A stretch of DNA of 64,000 nt from Halanaerobiales bacterium (GCA_018334565.1 JAGXLU010000003.1:19475-83474); one strand, 5' to 3'; numbered from the stretch's first letter, positions 30,175-40,429 are shown. Made by a program: numbers and translations. The notes: generated from the letters alone by a model not told the origin.

Positions 30175-32155
30175 AATAAGAATTTTTAAGATTGTTTTAT
30201 TAATAGTATTTGTTTTATTAGTTTTTAAGGCTTTTCAATTACAAGTTTTAGATGGTAATTATTATTATAATTTATCGGAGGGCAATAGGACTTCTTTTCG
30301 TCCTATCAGTGCTCCACGTGGTAAAATTATAGATCGTAATGGAGAAATTTTGGTCAATAACAAGTTGTCTCACAATTTATATTTATTGCCTAATGAGATT
30401 CCCCCTCAAGTTTCTATAGATGCCTTATTAAAAAATATAGCTAATTACACATCACTGACATATGATAACTTGCTTGAGAATTATAATTTGAGTAAGGATA
30501 ATATAAATAACCAGGGGGCTTTCATTTTAAAGCGAAATATAAAAAAAGAGGACATGGTCATACTATTAGAAAATAATAATGAATTACCGGGAGTTTTAGT
30601 TAAAGAATCTTCAATTAGAGACTATGTATATGGTGATCTAGCTGCACATCTGATTGGTTATGTAGGTGAAATAAATAAAGAAGAACTTCGTTATTATTCT
30701 AAACAGGGCATATATAGTTATCATGTGCAGGATATGTTAGGCAAATCAGGCTTAGAAAAAGAATATGAAGAATATTTAAAGGGAATTGATGGGATACGAC
30801 AAGTTGAGGTTAATAACCTCGGTGCATTTGTCCAAGAACTAGGTGTTAAAGATCCTGTGCCTGGGCATAATATAATACTTAACATTGATTTAAAGTTTCA
30901 GCAAAAGGTAGAAAGAATATTAGAGAGCCATATTGAGAAATTAATTATAGAAGCTCAAGAAGATGATGAGAGAAGTGAACCAATCGGAGGATCAGCTATA
31001 ATTCTAAATCCTAATAATGGCAAGGTTCTTGCGATGAGCAGTTATCCTAATTTTAATCTAAATACATTTACAACTGGTTTATCGGAAGAAGATTATTTCA
31101 AATTATCCAGTGACCCCAGACGACCAATGCTGGATAGAAATATTATGGTTTCAGTACCTCCTGGATCTTTGTTTAAGTTAGTTACAGGAACTGCTGCTAT
31201 TAAATACCTTGATGTCAAGGCTGAATCAGAATTTAATGATCCTAATGGTCTTTTTTATATACCTGGCTGGTCCAGACCTTTTAGAAATTGGCACGGGGGT
31301 GGGGAAGGAAGCATGGATTTTACTAAGGCTTTGGCTCGCTCCAATAATATTATATTCTATAAACTAGGTTATAACCTTTATCAGGAACACAGGGGTGAAA
31401 AGTTGGTTGAAACTGCAATAAATTATGGATTAGGCCAGAAAACAAACATTGACCTACCAGGTGAAAAAAAAGGCAAGGTTCCTGAAGAAGCCTTAAATTC
31501 TGATTCTAATAGTTGGTATCCGGGAGATTCTGTTAATTTGTCAATTGGACAAGGAGATCTATTGACTACCCCTATTCAGATGGCCAATTATATTTCAGCA
31601 ATAGCTAATAAAGGGACTTTATATAGGCCTTATATATTGGATGAAATTGTGGATTTTGAGGGCAAAGTTATTTTTAATCAAAAGTCAGAAATCTTACATG
31701 AACTAGATTATGATAACAGATTATATAATATTTTACAACAAGGAATGGAAGAAGTTACGATGTCTTCATATGGCACAGCCCGAAGCACTTTCAGGGATTT
31801 TCCTATTGAGGTTTCTGGCAAAACAGGTACTGCTCAGACCAGTATTGAGGACTTCAGCCATGGATGGTTTGGAGGTTTTGCCCCAAGTGATGATCCTGAA
31901 ATAGTGGTATTAGTATTTTTGGAAAATGGTGGTTCTAGCACTTATACCCTGCCTATTGCTGGAGATATCATTAAAGAATATTTCAATGTAAATATTGATC
32001 AAGATGAAGAGAAAAAAAGAGATGAAAATGCTAATAATACAAAGGAAGATGGACAGAGTGCTGAAAAAACAAATGAAAAAAAGGAGAGCAGTAATAGCAA
32101 TTTATTTGAATATATCAGGGATGTATTTTCTTCCAAAAAGGAAGAATCTAATTAA
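30164..32155 (+). CDS. mrdA: penicillin-binding protein 2 (elongasome transpeptidase)
   Basis: TM anchor and R.I.A.RG.I.DRNG. SxxK as PGSLFK, SxN as SNN, KTG as KTGTAQ. The start could be ATG 30152 or 30164. K/E/N-rich C-terminal tail. Confidence 0.85.
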   Translation: MEDKIRIFKIVLLIVFVLLVFKAFQLQVLDGNYYYNLSEGNRTSFRPISAPRGKIIDRNGEILVNNKLSHNLYLLPNEIPPQVSIDALLKNIANYTSLTYDNLLENYNLSKDNINNQGAFILKRNIKKEDMVILLENNNELPGVLVKESSIRDYVYGDLAAHLIGYVGEINKEELRYYSKQGIYSYHVQDMLGKSGLEKEYEEYLKGIDGIRQVEVNNLGAFVQELGVKDPVPGHNIILNIDLKFQQKVERILESHIEKLIIEAQEDDERSEPIGGSAIILNPNNGKVLAMSSYPNFNLNTFTTGLSEEDYFKLSSDPRRPMLDRNIMVSVPPGSLFKLVTGTAAIKYLDVKAESEFNDPNGLFYIPGWSRPFRNWHGGGEGSMDFTKALARSNNIIFYKLGYNLYQEHRGEKLVETAINYGLGQKTNIDLPGEKKGKVPEEALNSDSNSWYPGDSVNLSIGQGDLLTTPIQMANYISAIANKGTLYRPYILDEIVDFEGKVIFNQKSEILHELDYDNRLYNILQQGMEEVTMSSYGTARSTFRDFPIEVSGKTGTAQTSIEDFSHGWFGGFAPSDDPEIVVLVFLENGGSSTYTLPIAGDIIKEYFNVNIDQDEEKKRDENANNTKEDGQSAEKTNEKKESSNSNLFEYIRDVFSSKKEESN

Positions 32156-32198
32156 GATGTCTATTATATAATAATTTTAAGGAAAGGATCAAGATATT

Positions 32199-32813
32199 AT
32201 GAAATCACCTATAACTTTTCAAGTAGCTAAAAATGGAATAGTATTGTCATTAGATGCAGATGCTAAGTTTAATAATATAAAAGAGGCATTAAAAGATCAT
32301 GTAGATACAGCAACAAATTTTTATGCCGGTTCAGACCTTTATATCAATATTGCTAACAGCAGTTTCAAGATAGATCAATTAAACGAGATAGTTAATATAG
32401 CAAGAGGATATAAGGATGTTAACAATATAATCTTTACTAGTGATGTTGTTGAAGAAAATATCATTGAGGTAATAGATGAAGGTGAAAATAATTTGATAAA
32501 AAGGACATTACGTTCAGGCCAAAAAATAAAGAAATCCGGAAATGTAATAATAATAGGTGATATTAATCCTGGTGCTGAAGTTGTTGCAGGAGGAGACATT
32601 ATAGTTTTTGGTAAGATCAGAGGGGTAGTTCATGCTGGTGCAGGAGGTTCCTCTGAAGCTTCAGTAATTGCACTTAAACTGGAACCAACTCAGTTGAGAA
32701 TATCAAAAAAAATTGCTAGGCCGCCTGAGGAAGATTCTAATATCAAGAGACTTAATCCGGAAAGGGCTTTTATTCAGGACGGCAAAATCGTGGTAGAGGA
32801 TTTTGAAATATAA
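32199..32813 (+). CDS. minC: septum site-determining protein MinC
   Basis: C-terminal beta-helix GD.N.GAEV.A.GDI.V.G..RG..HAG. Sits upstream of minDE. Confidence 0.85.
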   Translation: MKSPITFQVAKNGIVLSLDADAKFNNIKEALKDHVDTATNFYAGSDLYINIANSSFKIDQLNEIVNIARGYKDVNNIIFTSDVVEENIIEVIDEGENNLIKRTLRSGQKIKKSGNVIIIGDINPGAEVVAGGDIIVFGKIRGVVHAGAGGSSEASVIALKLEPTQLRISKKIARPPEEDSNIKRLNPERAFIQDGKIVVEDFEI

Positions 32814-32837
32814 TAATATTAAAATGGAGGGAATAAA

Positions 32838-33632
32838 TTGGCAGGAAAATCATTAGTAATAACTTCAGGTAAAGGTGGAGTTGGAAAGACGACAACAGTG
32901 GCTAATATAGGAACTGCATTAGCTATGATGCAACACAAAGTGTGTTTGATTGATGCTGATATTGGGTTGCGAAATCTTGATGTGATTATGGGTTTAGAAA
33001 ACAGAATAGTATATGATATTGTAGATGTAGTAGAAGAGAACTGCAGACTTGAACAGGCTTTGATTAGAGATAAGCGTCACAAAAATTTGTTTTTATTGCC
33101 CGCAGCACAAACAAGAGATAAAACAGCTGTACAACCCAAACAAATGGAAAACCTGGTTAAAGACTTAAAAAAAGAGGTAGATTATATAATTATCGATTCC
33201 CCAGCAGGAATAGAACAGGGATTTAAAAATGCAATTGCGGGAGCAGATTTTGCGCTAATTGTTACTACCCCTGAAGTATCAGCTGTAAGAGATGCAGATA
33301 GGATTATTGGTTTATTGGAGGCAGAAGGGATAAAAGATCCAGAGGTTATTATAAACAGAATAAACCCTGATATGGTTAAAAGGGGAGACATGATGACCAT
33401 TGAGGATATTATTGAAATCTTAGCTGTAAAACTTAAAGGTATTGTCCCAGAAGACGATATCATTATTGTTTCCTCTAATAGGGGTGAACCAGTTGTATTA
33501 AAAGATAATCCTAAAGCAGGGCGGGCCTTTAAAAATATTGCTCGCAGAATAACAGGTGAAGAGGTTAATTTTATTTCATTAGAAGATAGTTCCTTTTTCT
33601 CAAAGATCAAAAAAATATTCAATTTTTCCTAA
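32838..33632 (+). CDS. minD: septum site-determining ATPase MinD
   Basis: TTG start. Deviant Walker A SGKGGVGKTT. C-terminal amphipathic helix FFSKIKKIF. Confidence 0.95.
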   Translation: MAGKSLVITSGKGGVGKTTTVANIGTALAMMQHKVCLIDADIGLRNLDVIMGLENRIVYDIVDVVEENCRLEQALIRDKRHKNLFLLPAAQTRDKTAVQPKQMENLVKDLKKEVDYIIIDSPAGIEQGFKNAIAGADFALIVTTPEVSAVRDADRIIGLLEAEGIKDPEVIINRINPDMVKRGDMMTIEDIIEILAVKLKGIVPEDDIIIVSSNRGEPVVLKDNPKAGRAFKNIARRITGEEVNFISLEDSSFFSKIKKIFNFS

Positions 33633-33650
33633 ACAAAGGGGGTAATTACA

Positions 33651-33911
33651 ATCGGTTTATTAGAATTTTTAGGATTTAAAAAGAAAAAAAATAAAGCCAG
33701 TAAAAATGTTGCAAAGGAAAGGTTGCAGTTTATATTAGTACAAGATAGAATTAAATTATCACCAAGTGAAATGGAATCTTTAAAAAAAGACTTATTAAAG
33801 GTAATGAAAAAATATGTAGATGTGGATGATAGAGAAGTTGAGATGGAAATCAATCGTGAAGATGAAATGATGGCGATGGTTGCTAATTTCCCACTTAGCA
33901 GACGCAAATAA
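33651..33911 (+). CDS. minE: cell division topological specificity factor MinE (apparent ATC start)
   Basis: 33651-33722 translate to IGLLEFLGFKKKKNKASKNVAKER, followed by LQFILVQDR, the canonical MinE N-terminus. There is no ATG/GTG/TTG between the minD stop and TTG 33723. SD AAAGGGGG at 33635-33642 lies 8 nt before ATC. Confidence 0.65.
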   Translation: MGLLEFLGFKKKKNKASKNVAKERLQFILVQDRIKLSPSEMESLKKDLLKVMKKYVDVDDREVEMEINREDEMMAMVANFPLSRRK

Positions 33912-33927
33912 AAAAAGGAATTAAAAT

Positions 33928-35064
33928 ATGCTTTTAAATAAGAAATTGTATAGAAATATAAATATTTATATACCTTTAACAGTGATTGTTTTAATAATAA
34001 TTGGGTTTTTTGCAATTAGTAGTGCTGTGGAAATAAATAGAATTGGTTCTAACGGGATAATCTATTTACAAAAACAGGTAATTGCATCACTAACAGGTAT
34101 ATTTATATTGATTTTCATCCAATTTTTTGATTACAGGGTTTTTAAAGAATACTACAAATTAATATTTTGGACGATGATTATTATTCTATTTATGACCCGG
34201 ATGTATGGGGTTAACATAAGTGGAGGTCGTAGGTGGTTAGATTTAGGTTTTATCAACTTTCAACCATCTGAATTATCCAAAATTGCTTTAATCTTAGTTT
34301 TAGCCTCAGTATTGGATAAAAAAAGTGAATTTGATTCTATAATAGATTTAATTTTGCCATTTTTGTATTTTTTAATTCCTTTTTCTTTAATTGTTGTCGA
34401 AAACGATTTAGGCACAGCCCTTGTATTATTGGCAATTTTAATTATTATGTTATATGTTGCAGGCGTCAACAAAAATTTCTTATATGTTTTTTTTGGGGGA
34501 GGATTTTTAACTATAATTGCTGTAATTGCGTCCCATTTATATTTTAATACACCCCTGCCTTTCTTAAAAGAATATCAATTGAACAGATTGGTTGCTTTTA
34601 TCAACCCAGGAATTGATCCCCGGGGTATAGGTTACAATATTATTCAATCAAAAATTGCCCTCGGGTCAGGTAAATTATTTGGTAAGGGTTTATTTAATGG
34701 AACTCAGAACCAGCTCAATTTCTTACCAGAAAAACATACAGATTTTATTTTTTCAGTAATTGGGGAAGAGTTTGGTTTTATTGGTATTTTTATCATAATT
34801 GCTCTTTATGTTTTTTTGTTTTGGCAGTTATTTAAAGTTGTATTAGAGGCAAAGGATAATTTCGGAAAATTGGTAGTCAGCGGCATAATAGCCATGTTCT
34901 TTTTCCATGTAGTTGAAAATATAGGAATGACGATGGGCGTTATGCCTATAACAGGTATTCCGCTTCCCTTTATTAGTTATGGGGGTACTTCAATGGTAGT
35001 ATCTTTGATAGCAATAGGAATTGTTCTAAATATTAATATAAGAAAAAAGAAACTGCATTTTTAA
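33928..35064 (+). CDS. rodA: peptidoglycan glycosyltransferase RodA (SEDS family)
   Basis: FtsW/RodA/SpoVE features: ..QPSELSK.., ..TDFIFSVIGEE.G.. and ..TGIPLPFISYGGTS.. Confidence 0.9.
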   Translation: MLLNKKLYRNINIYIPLTVIVLIIIGFFAISSAVEINRIGSNGIIYLQKQVIASLTGIFILIFIQFFDYRVFKEYYKLIFWTMIIILFMTRMYGVNISGGRRWLDLGFINFQPSELSKIALILVLASVLDKKSEFDSIIDLILPFLYFLIPFSLIVVENDLGTALVLLAILIIMLYVAGVNKNFLYVFFGGGFLTIIAVIASHLYFNTPLPFLKEYQLNRLVAFINPGIDPRGIGYNIIQSKIALGSGKLFGKGLFNGTQNQLNFLPEKHTDFIFSVIGEEFGFIGIFIIIALYVFLFWQLFKVVLEAKDNFGKLVVSGIIAMFFFHVVENIGMTMGVMPITGIPLPFISYGGTSMVVSLIAIGIVLNINIRKKKLHF

Positions 35065-35089
35065 CAAGTTTTGTTTTGAGGTGTATTAA

Positions 35090-36970
35090 ATGAAGGTAAG
35101 AGATGAAATATATAACAAATTAATTAATGTTTCCAAGCCAGAAAGATATATAGGTAATGAGTATAATATTATAAAAAAGAACTGGCAAAAAGATTCCATT
35201 AAGGTTTTAACAGCTTTTCCTGATGTATATGAAATAGGCATGTCTCATCTTGGTTTGAAAATCATTTACCATCTGCTTAACAAGGAAGATAATATTATTT
35301 GTGAAAGGGTATTTTCTCCATGGCCCGATCTTGAAGAATTATTAAGAAAAGAAAACCTTCCTATTTTTTCACTGGAAACCAATCGCAGTGTTGATGAGTT
35401 TGATATTTTGGCTTTTACCCTCCAGTATGAAATGAGTTATACAAATATTTTAACTATCCTCAATCTCGCTGGACTTAATTTTTATAGTTCACAAAGAAAA
35501 GAGGATGACCCCTTAATAATTGCGGGCGGGTCTATAGTAAGCAATATTGAACCGGTTGCCTTATTCTTTGATTTTGTTTTTATTGGAGAAGTTGAAGATT
35601 GTCTGATTGATATCATAAATAGATATAATAGTTTGAAAAATGAGGGGCTTGAAAAGAAGGATATTTTAAAGAAGATGGCCAAAATACCCGGTATATACGT
35701 CCCTTCTCTTTATAATGTAGATTATAACAATCAGGGTGTTATAAAAAATATTGTACCAGTTGACAATAATATTAAAGATAATATAAAAAGACAGGTAGTA
35801 TCTGATCTAGATCAGGCTTTTTATCCTGAAAAGTTTTTAGTACCATATATGGATATAGTGCATGATAGAGCCGTTGTGGAGATATCTAGAGGTTGTACAA
35901 GAGGCTGTAGGTTTTGTTTGGCTGGTATGACATACAGACCGACACGAGAGAGAAAAAAGAAAACATTATTAAAGTTGATAGATAATATTTTGAAAAATAC
36001 CGGTTATGATGAAGTATCTCTAACATCTCTCAGTACAGTTGACCATACTCAAATTAAAGAATTAATCAGAGACTTGACTGCTAAATACGAAGATAAAAAA
36101 ATTAGTGTTAGTCTTTCTTCTTTACGGGTGGATAGATTTTCTGTACAGCTGGCTAAAGAAGTTCAAAAGGTAAGAAAAACAGGCTTGACTTTTGCTCCAG
36201 AAGCAGGCACAGATCGCTTGAGAAATGTTATTAATAAAGGAGTTTCTGAAGAGGATTTATATAAAGCAGTAGAAGCAGCATTTAAAGAAGGGTGGTCTAC
36301 AATAAAGTTGTATTTTATGGTAGGCCTTCCTACTGAAAATAGAGATGACTTGATTGGTATTGTAAATATGGTGCAAACAGTTTTAAAGAGAGGTAAAGAG
36401 ATAAGGAAAACATCAAATAAAAGTATGAAGCCAATTAGAATCAATGTCAGTATTTCTACTTTTATACCAAAAGCTGCTACCCCGTTTCAATGGGAAGCGA
36501 TGATTGATAAAGATAAGTTAAAAGAAAAGATTGATTTTTTAAGGTCCAAATTAAATAGAAAAGGTATAAATTTCAGCTGGAATGATGAAGATCTTTCTAG
36601 ACTGGAAAGCATTTTCTCTAGAGGAGATAGGAAACTCACAGATGTGATAGTCAGTGCCTGGGAAAGGGGTGCTCGTTTTGATGGATGGGGCGACTTTTTT
36701 GATTATGGTATTTGGTTGGATGCTTTTACTGATAATGACCTAGATTGGAAGTTTTATTTAAGAGAAAGAAACATGAATGAAATACTTCCCTGGAATCACA
36801 TTGAGATGGGTTTAAATCCTGAATTTTTAAAAAAAGAGTACGATAAAGCACTAAAAAGCAAACTAACTCCTGATTGCAGATTTAATAAATGTAAAAGTTG
36901 TAACATTTGTTTTAATCTGGATATTGATTTAGATGTAGTGGGGAATGATTATAATGTATATAAGGGCTGA
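35090..36970 (+). CDS. B12-binding-domain radical SAM protein (TIGR03960-like)
   Basis: EISRGCTRGCRFCLAG (CxxxCxxC). Conserved pairing with the downstream DUF2344 gene and rng in Clostridia. Confidence 0.8.
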   Translation: MKVRDEIYNKLINVSKPERYIGNEYNIIKKNWQKDSIKVLTAFPDVYEIGMSHLGLKIIYHLLNKEDNIICERVFSPWPDLEELLRKENLPIFSLETNRSVDEFDILAFTLQYEMSYTNILTILNLAGLNFYSSQRKEDDPLIIAGGSIVSNIEPVALFFDFVFIGEVEDCLIDIINRYNSLKNEGLEKKDILKKMAKIPGIYVPSLYNVDYNNQGVIKNIVPVDNNIKDNIKRQVVSDLDQAFYPEKFLVPYMDIVHDRAVVEISRGCTRGCRFCLAGMTYRPTRERKKKTLLKLIDNILKNTGYDEVSLTSLSTVDHTQIKELIRDLTAKYEDKKISVSLSSLRVDRFSVQLAKEVQKVRKTGLTFAPEAGTDRLRNVINKGVSEEDLYKAVEAAFKEGWSTIKLYFMVGLPTENRDDLIGIVNMVQTVLKRGKEIRKTSNKSMKPIRINVSISTFIPKAATPFQWEAMIDKDKLKEKIDFLRSKLNRKGINFSWNDEDLSRLESIFSRGDRKLTDVIVSAWERGARFDGWGDFFDYGIWLDAFTDNDLDWKFYLRERNMNEILPWNHIEMGLNPEFLKKEYDKALKSKLTPDCRFNKCKSCNICFNLDIDLDVVGNDYNVYKG

Positions 36971-37667
36971 ATATGAAAAAAGAGAACAGCTCAAATACAT
37001 CTCACATCTTGAATTAATGAATACTTTTCGCAAGACTTTTAGAAGAGCCGAAATACCTGTTAAGTATTCACAGGGGTATAATCCACATATAATATTTTCA
37101 ATGTCACAGCCCTTGCCGGTAGGAATGATTGGTTTTCATGAGTATTTTGATTTAGAATTAAAAGAAAAAAATTCACTTGGTTTGATCAAAGATAAAATTA
37201 ACAAAAGTCTACCATTCGGGTTAAAAGTAATTGATGTAGTCATTATTGATGAGAAGGAAAAATCCTTACAAGCAGTTGTTAATACAGCTATCTATAGCTA
37301 TGAGATGTCTTTTAATAGTGAAACTATAAAACAGGAATCATTATTAAATGATTTTTTAAATGAAAAGAAAATAGAGATTACTCGTTTTCGCAGAAACAAA
37401 GAGAATAGAATGATAGATTTGGCTCCCATGATTTATAATGGAAGAGTGCTAAATGATAATATTTGGGAATTTACTATAAGCACGGGCAGTAGCGGTAATG
37501 TAAGACCACAAGAAGTTATAAGAGCATTAAAATCAAACACAAAAGGACTAATTCGAGAAATTCCATTGGTGAATATAAAGAGACTTGGTATGTATATTAA
37601 AAAAGGTGGCAGGTTATATAAACCTACCAACAAAGAGGTGTTAAAAAAAGAGGTGAGTAAGAGTTGA
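36954..37667 (+). CDS. radical SAM-associated protein (TIGR03936 / DUF2344)
   Basis: N-terminus ..KYISHLELMNTFRKTFRRA.IP...SQGYNPH... ATG 36954 has SD GTGGGGA at a 9-nt spacing. Confidence 0.75.
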   Translation: MYIRAEYEKREQLKYISHLELMNTFRKTFRRAEIPVKYSQGYNPHIIFSMSQPLPVGMIGFHEYFDLELKEKNSLGLIKDKINKSLPFGLKVIDVVIIDEKEKSLQAVVNTAIYSYEMSFNSETIKQESLLNDFLNEKKIEITRFRRNKENRMIDLAPMIYNGRVLNDNIWEFTISTGSSGNVRPQEVIRALKSNTKGLIREIPLVNIKRLGMYIKKGGRLYKPTNKEVLKKEVSKS

Positions 37668-39358
37668 GAAGACAGATAATAATAAATTCTTGTATAAGGG
37701 AAAAGAGAGCAGCAATAAAAGAAAATAACAGTTTAATAGATATCATGTTTGAAAGAGACACTTATGATCAAATAGTATATAATGTTTATAAAGGTAGAGT
37801 TAAAGATGTTTTACCCGGTATGCAGGCAGGGTTTGTTGATATAGGTTTAGAGAAAAACGCTTTTCTCCATATTAGTGACATATATCCCTTGTTAAATAAA
37901 AATCAGGAAAAAAGTTGGCGGAATAATGAATTATCCATTAAAGAGGTGATTCAACCTGGGCAAAAAATTATGGTACAGGTTGTTAAAGAACCAATAGGTA
38001 CTAAAGGTGCAAAAGTGACCTGTAAGGTTACTTTACCTGGCAGATACTTGGTTTTGATGCCCTTTGAAAATAGAACAGGAATTTCGCGGAGAATAGATGA
38101 TACGCAGGAAAGAAATAGACTTAAAAAAATAGCAGAGGATTTAATTGGAGATGATTATGGTTTAATTGTAAGAACAAACACAGAGGGAAAAGATAAAGAG
38201 ATTATAGAAAATGATTTTAATTTTTTACTTCATTTGTGGAAAAATATTTCGAGAGACTATAAAAATTCTAAAACCCCTGGTCTTATTTATAAAGATGCAG
38301 AACTTATTAAACAAATTGTGAGAGACCATTTAACTTCAGAAGTAAATAAAATCATCATTGATGATGAAAAAGGATATGAAAAACTTAATAAATTGGCGGA
38401 AACAAGTGTTCCCGGTTCTAAACACAAAATATATCTTTATGAAAGGGAGACCCCAATTTTTGAGATCTATCAAATTGAAAACGAAATTGAGAAGCTTTGG
38501 CAGCGAAAAGTATGGCTGGAGTCAGGCGGATATATAATATTAGATAATACTGAAGCTCTCGTATCTATAGATGTGAACACAGGTAAGTACACAGGAAAAA
38601 AGAATCTCCAGGATACAGTTTTCAAGACCAATCTGGAAGCTGCTGTAGAGATTGCTAGGCAGTTAAGGTTGAGAGATATTGGTGGAATAATTATCATTGA
38701 TTTCATTGATATGTTGATTCAGCAAAATCAAGAGGATGTACTTGATACCTTGGAAAAGGAATTGGCCAAAGACAAAACAAAAACAGCTATTCTTGGTTTA
38801 ACTGAACTTGGTTTAGTTGAAATCACCAGAAAAAAAGTAAGAGAAGAAATAGGAGAATTATTTCAAAAAGATTGCCCATATTGTAATGGCACAGGCCTTG
38901 TTATGTCAGAAACAACAATGGCTATGAATATTATCAGGAGATTAAAAGCTATCTCAAATGATGATCAGGTTAACGCAATTTTAATTGAACTACATCCTGA
39001 TGTGGCAGCAGTTTTAATCGGAGCAGGTGGTGACAAATTAGATGAGTTAGAACAAGAGCTGGATATGGATATTTATATAAGGGGTAATAATGATTACCAC
39101 ATAGAAAAGTATGAAATTATCAGCAAGGGAAGTAAACGAGATTTAAAGAGAATGGCTTTACCTGTGAATAAAGGGGAAAAATATGAAGTCTATATAGAAG
39201 ATACCCATTTGCATAATGAAGACGATGGGATTGCCAGAATTAAAGGATATATAATAATAATTAAAGATGGAGGCTATTTAAAAGAGAACAAAGAGGAAGT
39301 TATTATCAAAGAAGTACACCGTACTTTTGCTAAGGCAGAACTTGCTTTAAAAGACTAG
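37664..39358 (+). CDS. rng: Rne/Rng-family ribonuclease (RNase G-like) with C-terminal TRAM-like extension
   Basis: S1 domain (NVYKGRV.DVLPGMQAGFVDIG), DNase-I-like ..SIDVNTGKY.G.. and ..GGIIIIDFIDM.. motifs. Tail ..DDGIARIKGYIIIIKDG.. looks TRAM-like. Confidence 0.85.
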   Translation: MRRQIIINSCIREKRAAIKENNSLIDIMFERDTYDQIVYNVYKGRVKDVLPGMQAGFVDIGLEKNAFLHISDIYPLLNKNQEKSWRNNELSIKEVIQPGQKIMVQVVKEPIGTKGAKVTCKVTLPGRYLVLMPFENRTGISRRIDDTQERNRLKKIAEDLIGDDYGLIVRTNTEGKDKEIIENDFNFLLHLWKNISRDYKNSKTPGLIYKDAELIKQIVRDHLTSEVNKIIIDDEKGYEKLNKLAETSVPGSKHKIYLYERETPIFEIYQIENEIEKLWQRKVWLESGGYIILDNTEALVSIDVNTGKYTGKKNLQDTVFKTNLEAAVEIARQLRLRDIGGIIIIDFIDMLIQQNQEDVLDTLEKELAKDKTKTAILGLTELGLVEITRKKVREEIGELFQKDCPYCNGTGLVMSETTMAMNIIRRLKAISNDDQVNAILIELHPDVAAVLIGAGGDKLDELEQELDMDIYIRGNNDYHIEKYEIISKGSKRDLKRMALPVNKGEKYEVYIEDTHLHNEDDGIARIKGYIIIIKDGGYLKENKEEVIIKEVHRTFAKAELALKD

Positions 39359-39567
39359 ACTTTGATAAATACACTTTATATTTTTTATTAAAAAGAACAA
39401 AGATCCCATTTTTTTCAAAAGGGTGATGAATTTGTTAGATTTTGATTTTTACATTGCCATATGTAACAAATAATTAGTTATATAGTAGTTCACTTAATTG
39501 AGCTGATAATTTCTAGATGTTAATAAAGATATTTAATTGTAATACTTGGTCAAATGCCCGGATCGGC

Positions 39568-39596
39568 TTGACTATCAGTTTAAACTGTGCTAAAAT
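39568..39596 (+). promoter_or_regulatory. sigma-A promoter for rplU operon (TTGACT-17 nt-TAAAAT)
   Basis: Near-consensus hexamers with exactly 17-nt spacing, 130 nt upstream of rplU. Confidence 0.55.
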
Positions 39597-39726
39597 AAAC
39601 TGTCGGTAAAATGTGTACCTTTAGATGAGGTAATTTACCAAAACCGCACAAAATGGGTTTGAAATGTCTTGAATTGGACTACCTAATTTTTGGCGAGTCT
39701 GAGGTAAAGGGAGGTGTAATATACTA
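39597..39726 (+). promoter_or_regulatory. structured 5' leader of rplU, candidate L21 ribosomal-protein leader
   Basis: Nested hairpin GGTAAA(39605-10)..TACCT(39616-20)-loop-AGGTA(39628-32)..TTTACC(39634-39). L21 leaders are known upstream of rplU in Firmicutes. The covariance model was not run. Confidence 0.35.
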
Positions 39727-40038
39727 GTGTATGCAATAATAAAAACAGGTGGGAAACAGTATAAAGTGAAAGAAGGACAAATGATTAAAGTCGAAAAACT
39801 TGATGCAGAACCTGAAGATAAAGTTAAATTTGAGAGAGTTTTACAGTATTCTGATCAAAATGGTCATCAATTTGGCAAACCATACTTAAAAGATGCTGTA
39901 GTTTCGGCTAAAGTTATTGAACAAGATAAACACAAAAAAGTTGTTGTGTTAAAATATAAGCCTAAGAGTCGTTATTATAAGAAGACAGGTCACCGACAAC
40001 CATATACAAAAGTATTAATTGAGAATATTAATGTCTAA
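39727..40038 (+). CDS. rplU: 50S ribosomal protein L21
   Basis: GTG start. YAIIKTGGKQYKV signature. Confidence 0.95.
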   Translation: MYAIIKTGGKQYKVKEGQMIKVEKLDAEPEDKVKFERVLQYSDQNGHQFGKPYLKDAVVSAKVIEQDKHKKVVVLKYKPKSRYYKKTGHRQPYTKVLIENINV

Positions 40039-40081
40039 ATATATAAAGATAAAACTCTAGATTTCGAAAGGGGGGAGTTTG

Positions 40082-40360
40082 ATGTCTCAAAAGAAAGGTG
40101 TTGGAAGTTCTAAGAATGGTCGCGATAGCATATCGAAGCGGCTTGGTGTAAAAGAATTTGATGGTGAATTTGTTCCTGCAGGTAGTATTTTAGTTCGTCA
40201 GAGGGGAACTAAATTCAAACCTGGATTAAATGTGGGAAGAGGTAAAGATGATACCCTTTTTGCAAAGGTAGATGGTTATGTTAATTTTGAAAGAAAAGGG
40301 AAAAAATCTCGTCAAATTAGTGTTTATACAGAGGATCAAGTTGAAGTTTTAGTTAGTTAA
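40082..40360 (+). CDS. rpmA: 50S ribosomal protein L27 (no N-terminal pro-peptide)
   Basis: [22 protein letters not shown] signature begins at the initiator. SD AAAGGGGGGA lies upstream. Confidence 0.95.
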   Translation: MSQKKGVGSSKNGRDSISKRLGVKEFDGEFVPAGSILVRQRGTKFKPGLNVGRGKDDTLFAKVDGYVNFERKGKKSRQISVYTEDQVEVLVS

Positions 40361-40377
40361 TTATATTTTTTTAAATT

Positions 40378-40410
40378 ACCCCTCAGTGCTTATTGTGCTG
40401 GGGGTTTTAT
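40378..40410 (+). terminator. candidate rho-independent terminator/attenuator after rpmA
   Basis: CCCC(T)CAG..loop..CTGGGGG followed by TTTTATT. The stem is imperfect. Confidence 0.45.
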
Positions 40411-40429
40411 TGTATTAAGAGCAGGGCAG

